Below the pieces are notes generated by a model. That model ran no database searches. It was not told the DNA's origin and saw only the letters and a list, made by a program, of their open reading frames with translations. Positions 31,161-39,286 of a DNA stretch of 64,000 nt are shown one piece after another. Positions within the stretch are counted from its first letter, which is position 1. Each line of letters opens with the position of its first letter. Both the position numbers and the translations under genes were made by a program. The DNA comes from an uncultured Acidobacteriota bacterium (GTDB lineage Bacteria; Acidobacteriota; UBA6911; RPQK01; JAPXNP01): the NCBI GenBank assembly GCA_963777605.1, contig CAVZRV010000027.1, forward strand, positions 384,001 through 448,000. The letters run 5' to 3'.

Positions 31161-32454
31161 CTTCCGGGTCCCCTTCGCTCAAGCGATATCGAACCGCCCG
31201 CGCATGTCCTTCCAGTTGCTCCTCTCTGGCAAGCAATTCAAGAGTTGGCGACAATCCTTCCAGCCCTTTGGCGGTGATCTCCTGAAAGGTAATCTTCTTG
31301 ACGAACGTCTCCATGGAGACGCCCGAGGTGTGGCGAGCGAACCCCGAAGTGGGGAGCGTGTGGTTTGTACCGGAAGCATAGTCGCCGGCTACTTCCGGGG
31401 TCCAGGCCCCTACGAACACTGACCCTGCCGACCGAACGTGACCAAGCCACTCGCGAGGTTCACGGATGTTGAGAATCAGGTGTTCGGGAGCGTAACGGTT
31501 GCTGAACTCAAAGGCCTCTTCGAGCGTGTCCACGAGAATGGCAAAGCTCCCCTCGAGAGACTTCTGCGCGATACCGGTTCGAGGGAGATTGGCCAGTTGC
31601 CGGTCCAATTCCGCGAGGGTCGCATCCAGGAGGGCCTCTGAGGTGGAAGCCAGGACTACCTGGCTGTCGGGTCCGTGTTCGGCCTGCGACAGAAGATCGC
31701 TGGCAACCACCCTGGGAGAGGCCGATTCATCCGCGACTACGAGGACTTCGCTGGGGCCGGCGATCATGTCGATGGCTACTCCGTAGGACGTCGCGATCAG
31801 TTTCGCGGTCTGCACGTATCGGTTGCCCGGGCCAAGAATCTTGTCCACCTTCGGAACCGATTCCGTCCCCAGTGCCATCGCGGCAATGGCCTGAGCTCCT
31901 CCGATCTTGAAGACCTGGCGAACCCCGGCTACCTGGGCGGCGGCAAGCACCACGGGAGCGACTGAGCCGTCGCTTCGCGGCGGCACGCAGAGTACAGTCT
32001 TCTGGCAACCAGCAAGTTTGGCAGGCACCCCAAGCATCAGGACAGTAGAGGGCAGCGGTGCCGTACCCGAAGGAACGTAGAGCCCTACCGACTGAATGGC
32101 CCGTGCTGCACGCCAGCACGAAACCCCTTCTTGGACCGTCACCGGCGACTCGGTCACCGCCTGGGCAGAGTGGAACTTCTTGATGTTGGATGCCGCGTGC
32201 TGAAGTGCCTGAACGACCTTTTCCGGGACCGAGGCCACAGCATCCTGGAATTCCCGCGGCTGCACGTGCAGATTGGTCAAATCAGCTCCGTCGAACCGGA
32301 GAGTGAAGTCCTTGACGGCACTGTCCCCGCGCGACGAGACCGCCTCAAAGACCTCCCGGCATGTCTCGAGGAGGGCGGTGTCGTGAATCGGGTTCCGCAC
32401 CACCAGGCGACGAAGATCCTCTCGGCTCAATTGGGCAAAGCGATGAATCTTCAT
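31150..32454 (-). CDS. hisD: Histidinol dehydrogenase
   Basis: GLYVPSG, GGAQAIAA, GPGNRYV, AGPSE, QAEH, APEHL, GDYASGTNHTLPT. Confidence 0.96.
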   Translation of the reverse strand: MKIHRFAQLSREDLRRLVVRNPIHDTALLETCREVFEAVSSRGDSAVKDFTLRFDGADLTNLHVQPREFQDAVASVPEKVVQALQHAASNIKKFHSAQAVTESPVTVQEGVSCWRAARAIQSVGLYVPSGTAPLPSTVLMLGVPAKLAGCQKTVLCVPPRSDGSVAPVVLAAAQVAGVRQVFKIGGAQAIAAMALGTESVPKVDKILGPGNRYVQTAKLIATSYGVAIDMIAGPSEVLVVADESASPRVVASDLLSQAEHGPDSQVVLASTSEALLDATLAELDRQLANLPRTGIAQKSLEGSFAILVDTLEEAFEFSNRYAPEHLILNIREPREWLGHVRSAGSVFVGAWTPEVAGDYASGTNHTLPTSGFARHTSGVSMETFVKKITFQEITAKGLEGLSPTLELLAREEQLEGHARAVRYRLSEGDPEDEG

Positions 32455-33330
32455 TTAGACCACCATCTTCTCCACGGGGACCACGAGCATATCGGTTGCC
32501 CCGCAAGTTTTGAGTTTCTCGATCACGTCCCAAAAGTACTCTTCTGGAACCGCCGTGTGAACCGCGATCATGTTCGGGTCAGCCAGCGGGACGATAGTCG
32601 GGCTTTTCATCCCGGGAAGAATCGACCGGATCTCTTCCAACGCGGAGCGGGGCGCGTTCATCATCACGTACTTGGTCTTGCGTGCCTTGAGGTGGCTGAG
32701 CAATCGGGTCCTCAACCGACCGATCAAGTCCGCCTTGCGGGGATCGGTCAGCGAATGCCGGTTGGCAATCAGGACGGCTTCCGACTTGAGAATCACCTCG
32801 ATGGGCATCAAGTCGTGAATTCGCAGCGTGCTGCCAGTAGACACCAGGTCACAGATCGCCTCGGCGACGTCCAGGGAAGGAGCGATTTCGACCGAGCCGT
32901 TGATCTCGATTACCCGGGCACTGATTCCCTTCTCTTTCAGGTATCCCTGCAGGACGTTGGGATACGAGGTGGCAATTCTCTTCCCGTTCAAGTCCCAGAC
33001 GGTGCGCAACTCACTGGCCTTGGGCACCGCGATGCTGAGATCGCAACCACCAAAACCCATTGAGTCCAACGTTGCGACCTCGGCCTGCTTTTCACGGACG
33101 ACGTTCAACCCAACGATGCCCAGGTCCGTCACACAGTCCTGAACGTATTCCGGAATGTCGTCGTCACGCAGAAACAAAAGATCGAGGGGGAAGTTGCGCC
33201 CGCGGGCAAACAGGAGGCCATCGGATGACTCGAAATCGATTCCGGCGGCTCTTAGGAGTTCAAGTGACGACTGCGAAAGCCGCCCCTTCTTCTGAACCGC
33301 AATCTTGAGATTTTCTCCATTCAATTCCAT
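32455..33330 (-). CDS. hisG: ATP phosphoribosyltransferase (long form)
   Basis: IAVQKKGRL, RDDDIP.YV, IATSYP, GSVEIAP, DLVSTGSTL, C-terminal regulatory domain LPGMKSPT. Confidence 0.96.
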   Translation of the reverse strand: MELNGENLKIAVQKKGRLSQSSLELLRAAGIDFESSDGLLFARGRNFPLDLLFLRDDDIPEYVQDCVTDLGIVGLNVVREKQAEVATLDSMGFGGCDLSIAVPKASELRTVWDLNGKRIATSYPNVLQGYLKEKGISARVIEINGSVEIAPSLDVAEAICDLVSTGSTLRIHDLMPIEVILKSEAVLIANRHSLTDPRKADLIGRLRTRLLSHLKARKTKYVMMNAPRSALEEIRSILPGMKSPTIVPLADPNMIAVHTAVPEEYFWDVIEKLKTCGATDMLVVPVEKMVV

Positions 33331-33429
33331 ATGAAATACCTTACGAGTTCCATGAGTTCGCTTTCTCTTTTTGAGAATACTGCCGGGAAAGGATTGACCC
33401 GGCCGTCCCGAATCATAGTCGGATCCGGC

Positions 33430-33783
33430 TTACCGACTGTCGCCGTGCTCCAAGTGAGGCTGGATTGGTGCCTCGGGACGAGATAAGGACTGTCTGTTCT
33501 GCACCCGGTCGAGCAGGAGCCGGTAACCACCTTCACCATGACGCAGCCAGTGGGCGATTCGGGTCACTGTTGTTGTGCTGGCCCCGGTCAGTTCACTAAT
33601 TCTACGATAGGAGAACCCTTTCTCAACCATCTGGGCGACCTGCCAGCGCTCCGCCATCGACTCGAGTTCGCTCAGCGTGCAAAGATCGCGGAAAAAGAGC
33701 GCGATCTCATCGGAACCATCGAGCAGCGTAATTGCGTCGAAAAGGTCCCAGAGGTTCTCGTTTTCTCGCAACGATTGTTCCAT
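33430..33783 (-). CDS. TrpR-like repressor (YerC/YecD, HisR-type)
   Basis: FFRDLCTLSELESMAERWQVA.M..G.SYR.I...TGAST.TVTR..WL..G.GGY; first gene of the his operon. Confidence 0.9.
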   Translation of the reverse strand: MEQSLRENENLWDLFDAITLLDGSDEIALFFRDLCTLSELESMAERWQVAQMVEKGFSYRRISELTGASTTTVTRIAHWLRHGEGGYRLLLDRVQNRQSLSRPEAPIQPHLEHGDSR

Positions 33784-33822
33784 TGTGTTACAACGATAGC
33801 ACAAGCGGAATGTCACAGGCAA
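33783..33822 (-). promoter_or_regulatory. Sigma70-type promoter with overlapping palindromic operator for the HisR-like repressor
   Basis: Minus strand TTGCCT-N18-TATCGT (TG-extended -10), 9 nt before the ATG. Palindrome TTGTGTTA-N6-TAGCACAA at 33783-33804. Confidence 0.65.
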
Positions 33823-34092
33823 GTACCGGCTTCAGGTTGGGAGGAATTCACGGTGAAAGCGACCACTCTTGCTTCTGCAGGGCGCTCCAGAATACGTGCC
33901 GATTCGAAGGAACAGTTTAGCAACTAATCGGCAGCAACCCGCTCAGAGGAGAGCATCGAAACCTGGAGAGGCACCCTGAACACCGTTAGAAGCCGACACA
34001 AGAAACTCAGGAAACAAATTGAAAAAAAGAGGGAGACAGATCAGAAGCGGTAGCGAGTCACGGAAGAGGTTACTTCGAAAGACTTCGGATTG

Positions 34093-34392
34093 TCAGACTT
34101 GGCCGTCCCTGCAGAAATACTGGGGATAGAGTCGCTGAGCACACTCAGGACAGATCCCGTGCGAAAATTCCGCCCGAGCCCGCTCAAGAACTTCCATCTC
34201 CCACTGCCGCCAATGCCCGTCGTCGTCTCGGATCTTCTTGCAGGAGGCACAAATCCGCAGGAACCCGCCAAACTTGCGAAGCTCATCGACTACTTGCTGT
34301 AGTTGCATTGATGACCGCCGATTCTTTTGTTCAGCCCGCTTCTAAGCCAAAATCTCGGTGACAGCGCGCATTATGGAGTCTGCCTCTGACAT
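34093..34392 (-). pseudogene. Remnant or stand-alone C-terminal ICxxCKKIRDD...SHGICPEC domain of PAS/response-regulator proteins, with an in-frame TAG
   Basis: GGGGAGGG SD and ATG at 34392 give MSEADSIMRAVTEILA*KRAEQKNRRSSMQLQQVVDELRKFGGFLRICASCKKIRDDDGHW...FSHGICPECAQRLYP. TAG at 34344-34342. Confidence 0.7.
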
Positions 34393-34501
34393 TGTCCGCC
34401 CTCCCCAGGACGCAAGTTCCGAGCAGGGCAGCACCTGCCTTGAGCGACAGTTTGGCCGCGAAGGTGGTTAACATTTCTTGTTGTAGGAGTACATTTCCGG
34501 C

Positions 34502-34528
34502 TAAGGAATACCAGAAAGATGCCGATAA
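34502..34528 (+). promoter_or_regulatory. Sigma28 (FliA) promoter of the HDOD gene
   Basis: TAAG-N15-GCCGATAA, 24 nt before the ATG. Confidence 0.75.
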
Positions 34529-34552
34529 CTGAGATCAGAGATGTGACAGATT

Positions 34553-35395
34553 ATGGCTCTACCTGATGGACTGATAAACAAAATCGAGCATCTGGCGCCG
34601 ATGCCGATTACTGCTCAGCGGTTGCTCGGCGTGATCAATGACGAAGATGTCTCCCTGGCAGAGGTTGCCCGGATCGTCGAGTTCGACGAAGCTCTCGTGT
34701 CCAACACGCTTCGAGCCGCCAATTCAGCCTTCTTCTATCGCGGGAAGCCTGTCCGCGATGCCCGCTCGGCGGTGGTGCGTCTTGGAACCACCAATCTTTT
34801 CAACCTGATCCTGGGCCAATACCTCCGCGAACTCACAATTCCAGCCCCCCTGTACGATCTCTCCGAGGACGACCTATGGTTTCACTCGACGGTAGCGTCG
34901 CTGGCCGCCGACGAAATCATCCGAGGCTCCTCGGTCGAAATCCCGCAGATTGCCAAGGTCGCCGCCCTCGTTCACGATGTCGGCAAGTTGATCATGGTTC
35001 GTTTCTTCAAGGCGGAATTCAATGCCGTCCTGGAACTCAGCGGCAGGAAGGACATGTCGTTCGTCGAGGCCGAACGGGAACTGTTCGGCTGCGACCATGC
35101 AGAGGTAGGCGGCGCAGTAGCACGGGAGTGGGCATTCCCCGATCACGTCCGCGATGCCATCGAACGCCACCACGAGGCTAAACTGGAAGAGTCGCATTCG
35201 GTCCTCGACACCGTGATCGTCTCCAATCTGGTGGCAAAGACACTCGCCGCCGGCCTGGGGGCTGAGGGGTTGGATTTCTCGGTCGACGACGGAGTACGGC
35301 AGCGGCTTGGCTTGAATTTCGCCAAGTTCTGTCAGATCTGCGGTCGCGTCGAAGATCAGATGTCCAGGGTTCGCCAGATCTTCGGGATCAGCTGA
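34553..35395 (+). CDS. HDOD domain protein
   Basis: LAPMP, LRAANSAF, AVVRLG, WFHS, LVHDVGKL, E.ELFGCDHAEVG...W.FP..VRDAI.RHH. Confidence 0.92.
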   Translation: MALPDGLINKIEHLAPMPITAQRLLGVINDEDVSLAEVARIVEFDEALVSNTLRAANSAFFYRGKPVRDARSAVVRLGTTNLFNLILGQYLRELTIPAPLYDLSEDDLWFHSTVASLAADEIIRGSSVEIPQIAKVAALVHDVGKLIMVRFFKAEFNAVLELSGRKDMSFVEAERELFGCDHAEVGGAVAREWAFPDHVRDAIERHHEAKLEESHSVLDTVIVSNLVAKTLAAGLGAEGLDFSVDDGVRQRLGLNFAKFCQICGRVEDQMSRVRQIFGIS

Positions 35396-35496
35396 TCGGG
35401 CGGGTAATCTAACCTCTGCACGACCGTTCGCCGGCAAAGCGTTCACTCACTCAGATTGAGGTCCGTCCGAGCTCAATTTCTCCGTCCAGTTGATCC

Positions 35497-35523
35497 TAAA
35501 GTTTCACCTCTCCCTGCCGAGAT
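35497..35523 (+). promoter_or_regulatory. Sigma28 (FliA) promoter of motAB
   Basis: TAAAGTTT-N11-GCCGAGAT, near-consensus. Confidence 0.8.
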
Positions 35524-35693
35524 AATGGAGTGAGAGTTTGTGTCGATATTAGTCGGGTCAGATCCCGTTTGTCACCGGATCAGCGTCGGGAGGCGACGCC
35601 TCCACGAGACCGGAGGCCATCAGCGACGGGATCTTCGACGGATGTAGATGCGGAGTTCCGACCGGGTATCCCGATTCCGCAGTTGAAGCAGGT

Positions 35694-36479
35694 ATGGATC
35701 TAGCGACAGTCATTGGAATCCTGGCTGGACTGGGCATCATCCTCTTCACGGTCCTCACCGGCGAAGAACCCCTGGTCTTCATCGACATTAAGAGCATCGT
35801 GATCGTCTTTGGAGGTACCTTCGCGACCATCCTGATCCGGTTTCCGATGCAGCGGGTCATGAAGACCATCGACGTCGTCAAACACGCCTTTACCTTCAAG
35901 CTGCGCCGCCCCTATGAAGTAATCGACGAGATGATCGACCTCGCCCGCAAGTCCCGCAAAGATGGCCTGCTTTCGCTGGAAGACTACCAGACGGATGACA
36001 CCTTTCTCACCCGCGGCCTGACCCTGGTCGTCGACGGGGCCGAGGCCGAATCCGTGCAGGGCGTTCTGTCAACGGAGATCCGTTACTTCAAGCAACGCCA
36101 CAAGGATGGTCAGGATATACTCAAGGCGATGGGAGACGCCGGCCCGGCCTTCGGGATGATCGGAACACTGATTGGCCTGGTGCTGATGCTGTCCAACATG
36201 CAGGACGTCAGCCAGCTGGGCCCATCGATGGCGGTCGCTATTCTGACAACCCTTTATGGGGCGGTTATTGCGAACCTGATCGCGCTGCCCCTGGCCAAGA
36301 AACTGGAGATACGGAGCAAAGAAGAAACCCTGATCAAGGAACTGATGCTGGTTGGCCTGGTTAACATTGCCCGAGGGGAGAACCCGCGGATGATCGAGAC
36401 TGTTCTCAAGGCATTCCTTTCAGAACGAGACATCCCGGCTGAGCCGGAGGCCAAGCCCAGAGAGGTAAAGGCAGCATGA
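35694..36479 (+). CDS. motA: Flagellar stator protein MotA/PomA
   Basis: MDLATVIG, IVFGGT, RKDGLLSLE, GPAFGMIGTLIGLV.ML, GPSMAVAILTTLYG. Confidence 0.95.
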   Translation: MDLATVIGILAGLGIILFTVLTGEEPLVFIDIKSIVIVFGGTFATILIRFPMQRVMKTIDVVKHAFTFKLRRPYEVIDEMIDLARKSRKDGLLSLEDYQTDDTFLTRGLTLVVDGAEAESVQGVLSTEIRYFKQRHKDGQDILKAMGDAGPAFGMIGTLIGLVLMLSNMQDVSQLGPSMAVAILTTLYGAVIANLIALPLAKKLEIRSKEETLIKELMLVGLVNIARGENPRMIETVLKAFLSERDIPAEPEAKPREVKAA

Positions 36480-37237
36480 GCATCGATTTCGAGCCGGATG
36501 ACGAAGAACAAGAAGCTGGTGCTCCGGCATGGATGGTCCAGTTTGGAGACATGATGAGCCTCCTGCTCGTCTTCTTCATCCTTCTGCTCTCATTCTCCGA
36601 GATCGACGCCGTTAAGTACCGGGCGCTGAGTGACTCCTTCCGAGAGGCATTCGGGCGGGCCGTCAAGGTGAAGGACGTGTTTGACGACCCCTCCGCGCCG
36701 CAGGCGATCATGTCCGAAACAGGGGGGCGAAATGACGCGATCCTGAACGAGTTGCGGTCCATCATCCCCCAGGCGTTTCCAGGTGCGCTGCCGAACAAGT
36801 ACAAGGGCCAGGGCTACCTGGTTCGCATTCCGGGTCGGCTCCTCTTCGAAACCGGCAAGGATGAACTCAGACCGGAAATGAAGCCGAAGCTTCGGGAGAT
36901 GGCTGAACTGGTCAAAAAACAACCCGACATCATGCTGCGAGTGGACGGTCACACCGACAACGTCCCGATCAGTACATTTCGATTCCATTCCAACTGGGAA
37001 CTGTCGGCAGCCAGGGGACTGGCGGTCGTGCATTTCATGATTGATGAATGTGGCCTTCCGGAAGAAAGGGTCTCGGCGGCCGCATTTGGAGAAAGTCGCC
37101 CGATCGTTCCCAATGACAGTCCGGATAATCGCGAACTGAACCGCCGTGTCGAATTTCGATTTGTGCAGGGCGCAGAGGAAGCCAACTATGAGATCAGCTA
37201 TCCAACCGACACCGAAGGACATGAATCCGGTTCGTGA
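36476..37237 (+). CDS. motB: Flagellar stator protein MotB/PomB (OmpA-like peptidoglycan-binding domain)
   Basis: PAWMVQFGDMMSLLLVFFILL, GHTDNVPI, SNWELSAAR, NRRVE. Confidence 0.95.
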   Translation: MSIDFEPDDEEQEAGAPAWMVQFGDMMSLLLVFFILLLSFSEIDAVKYRALSDSFREAFGRAVKVKDVFDDPSAPQAIMSETGGRNDAILNELRSIIPQAFPGALPNKYKGQGYLVRIPGRLLFETGKDELRPEMKPKLREMAELVKKQPDIMLRVDGHTDNVPISTFRFHSNWELSAARGLAVVHFMIDECGLPEERVSAAAFGESRPIVPNDSPDNRELNRRVEFRFVQGAEEANYEISYPTDTEGHESGS

Positions 37238-38357
37238 CCTTTCCGCATGGGATGAACTTCTGGGACAGGGAGACGCGTCTCAGTTCCTGGCCGGGGGAAA
37301 CGGGCGGATTCTGGTTGTCGATGATGAAGTCACGATTCGAGAGCTCCTCTCCCAGTTCCTCGCCTCGCAGGGGTTTGAGTGCCACTCCGCCGATTCGGGA
37401 AGTTCTGCAATCAAGCGCCTGCAGGGTGCCGATTTCGACCTGGTCGTGTCCGATATCAGAATGCCCACGATAACCGGGCTGCAACTGCTCGCTCACATCC
37501 ACCAGCGCCATCCGGCCTTGCCGGTCATCATGATCACCGCGGTCGCCGATCTCGAGACTGCCGTCGATGCCATGAAGCAGGGAGCCGCCGACTACATCAC
37601 CAAGCCTTTCGACCTCAAGAAGGTCGTATCCAGCGTTCAAAGCGCCCTCCAGGTCCGGGTAAAACGTCTTCAAGACACCCTGCTGCGCGACCGACTGCAG
37701 GAAGTCGCCGAAACCAAGTCGTACGCGTTGGATTCCGCGCTGCAGTCTCTCAATTCCGAACGCGACATGACCCTCGAAGCACTGGTCCGGGCTCTCGACA
37801 CCCGGGAAAGTGAGACCAGGTGCCATTCCGCCCGCGTCCAAAGCTACGGCATCCGAATGGCGCGGGAATTCGACAAGAAGGGCCAAGAACTCGAGGAGAT
37901 TGCCCGGGGTGCGTTGCTCCACGACATCGGGAAGATCGGGATCTCCGACTCCATCCTCCTCAAGCCCGGAAAACTGACTCCGGAAGAGTGGGTCGAGATG
38001 AGAAAGCACCCCGTGCTGGGGCACGAGATCCTGAAGGGAATCGACTTCCTCGATGGCGCCGCCGAACTGGTACTCCGTCACCACGAGCGCTGGGACGGCT
38101 CCGGCTATCCGAGCGGAAAGAGAGAAGAAGAGATCCCCTTCGGAGCACGCCTGTTCGCGGTCATCGACACCTACGATGCCATCACATCGGACCGCCCCTA
38201 TCGAAAAGCCCTCAGTCACGACTTCGCCCGCGAGGAGATCCTCCGGCTCCGGTCGACGCTCTACGACCCGGAAATGGTGGACGCATTCCTGGCGATCCCG
38301 CACGAAGAACTCCAGCAGATCGCCAAGTGCTGCGAAGCATTGAGCGAACCGCTCTAG
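37221..38357 (+). CDS. Response regulator with HD-GYP domain (RpfG-like c-di-GMP phosphodiesterase)
   Basis: Receiver ILVVDDE..SDIRMP..TKPF; HSARV, LLHDIGK, HHERWDGSGYP, DTYDAITSDRPYR. Confidence 0.93.
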   Translation: MNPVRDLSAWDELLGQGDASQFLAGGNGRILVVDDEVTIRELLSQFLASQGFECHSADSGSSAIKRLQGADFDLVVSDIRMPTITGLQLLAHIHQRHPALPVIMITAVADLETAVDAMKQGAADYITKPFDLKKVVSSVQSALQVRVKRLQDTLLRDRLQEVAETKSYALDSALQSLNSERDMTLEALVRALDTRESETRCHSARVQSYGIRMAREFDKKGQELEEIARGALLHDIGKIGISDSILLKPGKLTPEEWVEMRKHPVLGHEILKGIDFLDGAAELVLRHHERWDGSGYPSGKREEEIPFGARLFAVIDTYDAITSDRPYRKALSHDFAREEILRLRSTLYDPEMVDAFLAIPHEELQQIAKCCEALSEPL

Positions 38358-38383
38358 GCGCGCTGCGCGCTGTTCGGTTCCGA

Positions 38384-39000
38384 GGTTCCGGGTTCCGGGT
38401 TCCGGGGCCAGGGTCTGGTTGGATGCGTCCTGGGTTCAGTTGATGATTGGGAAGTTCTTAAAGGCTCCGCGTTAGCTTTTCCAGCAAACCATTGATAAAA
38501 CGAAGCTTAAACGTGGAGTGCTGGAAGCGACAGCTTCCGCTTTTGTCCAACGCGGAACGGCTCGCCCGTTCTCAGGAAGCGAAAGCTTCCGTTGGCTCTC
38601 ACCTCGGGCGCGGTTGAGCGATCGGTTGGCCCACCTGAAGGAGCCTTCCTTGCCCGCAAACCGGCTCTTCAATTTGCCGAGTTCGAGGCATGGCTCCGCG
38701 GCGGATTCAGTGACGGCGTCTCCGTCGTTCAGCACGGCGGAAGCTTTCGCTTCCGTTCGACCTGCCGGGTTTCAAAGCGGAACCTCTCGGTTCCGCACTC
38801 CAAATGAATTCCCAAAACGTGCGCGCAACCGAACCGGACGGCGGTGGGTTCCGGGTTCCGGGTTCCGGGTTCCGGGGGCCAGGGTCTGGTTGGATGCGTC
38901 CTGGGTTCAGTTGATGATTGGGAAGTTCTTAAAGGCTCCGCGTTAGCTTTTCCAGCAAACCATTGATAAAACGAAGCTTAAATGTGGAGTGCTGGAAGCG
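38384..39000. repeat. About 146-bp direct repeat (38384-38529 and 38854-39000), each copy starting with GGTTCCG heptamers
   Basis: The two copies of GGTTCCG(x3-4)...GCCAGGGTCTGGTTGGATGCG...GAGTGCTGGAAGCG differ by one G in a run and one C/T substitution. Confidence 0.92.
38514..38802. repeat. REP doublet (REPIN-like) with nested inverted hairpins
   Basis: TGGAGTGCTGGAAGC-GACA-GCTTCCGCTTT (38514-38543) is inverted relative to AAAGCGGAACC-TCTC-GGTTCCGCACTCCA (38774-38802). Inner hairpins GGAAGC-GAAA-GCTTCC (38575) and CGGAAGC-TTTC-GCTTCCG (38738). Confidence 0.75.
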
Positions 39001-39161
39001 CGACTCAACCGTTCTCCGCGCAACTTCAGCGCCATTGCGCCGCAGCGGCTGAAAGAAGCAGAGACTGTGGACCACGAAGCTGGAACCCAGAATCGGACAA
39101 ATTCACCCCGTTCCCCTCGGGACCAGATGGACCTCACCAGGATTCCCGTTAAAAATCCTCC

Positions 39162-39188
39162 TAACGTTGCCCGAGGTTCCGCCGATAT
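39162..39188 (+). promoter_or_regulatory. Sigma28 (FliA) promoter of fliC
   Basis: TAACGTTG-N11-GCCGATAT, about 100 nt upstream of the flagellin ATG. Confidence 0.8.
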
Positions 39189-39237
39189 TTAACGGTGAAC
39201 ATTATGAGGGTCGCTGAAACCCAAGATTCAGCAACAG

Positions 39238-39277
39238 AGGCATGGATGCCTGATACAACCAATTCGAATCATGGAGG
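39238..39277 (+). promoter_or_regulatory. Two candidate CsrA/RsmA binding sites in the fliC leader
   Basis: Hairpin AGGCA-TGGA-TGCCT (39238-39251) and a second CATGGAGG overlapping the SD (39270-39277). Confidence 0.6.
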
Positions 39278-39286
39278 AAGAAGACA

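Noticed and set aside
33331-33429. His leader peptide or attenuator before hisG
   Set aside because: Hairpins exist, but there is no His-codon-rich leader and no clear U-tailed terminator.
33940-34030. Glycine-riboswitch-like words (GGAGA...GCCGA...CTCAGG)
   Set aside because: The core CCGAAG and supporting stems are missing, and no suitable gene lies directly downstream.
35540-35647. 35-codon ORF in the motA leader as flbD
   Set aside because: No resemblance to FlbD (MIxLTRLNG...) and too short.
38376-39000. Possible CRISPR array or IS element
   Set aside because: Only two long repeat copies, no regular repeat-spacer period, and no cas or transposase ORF.
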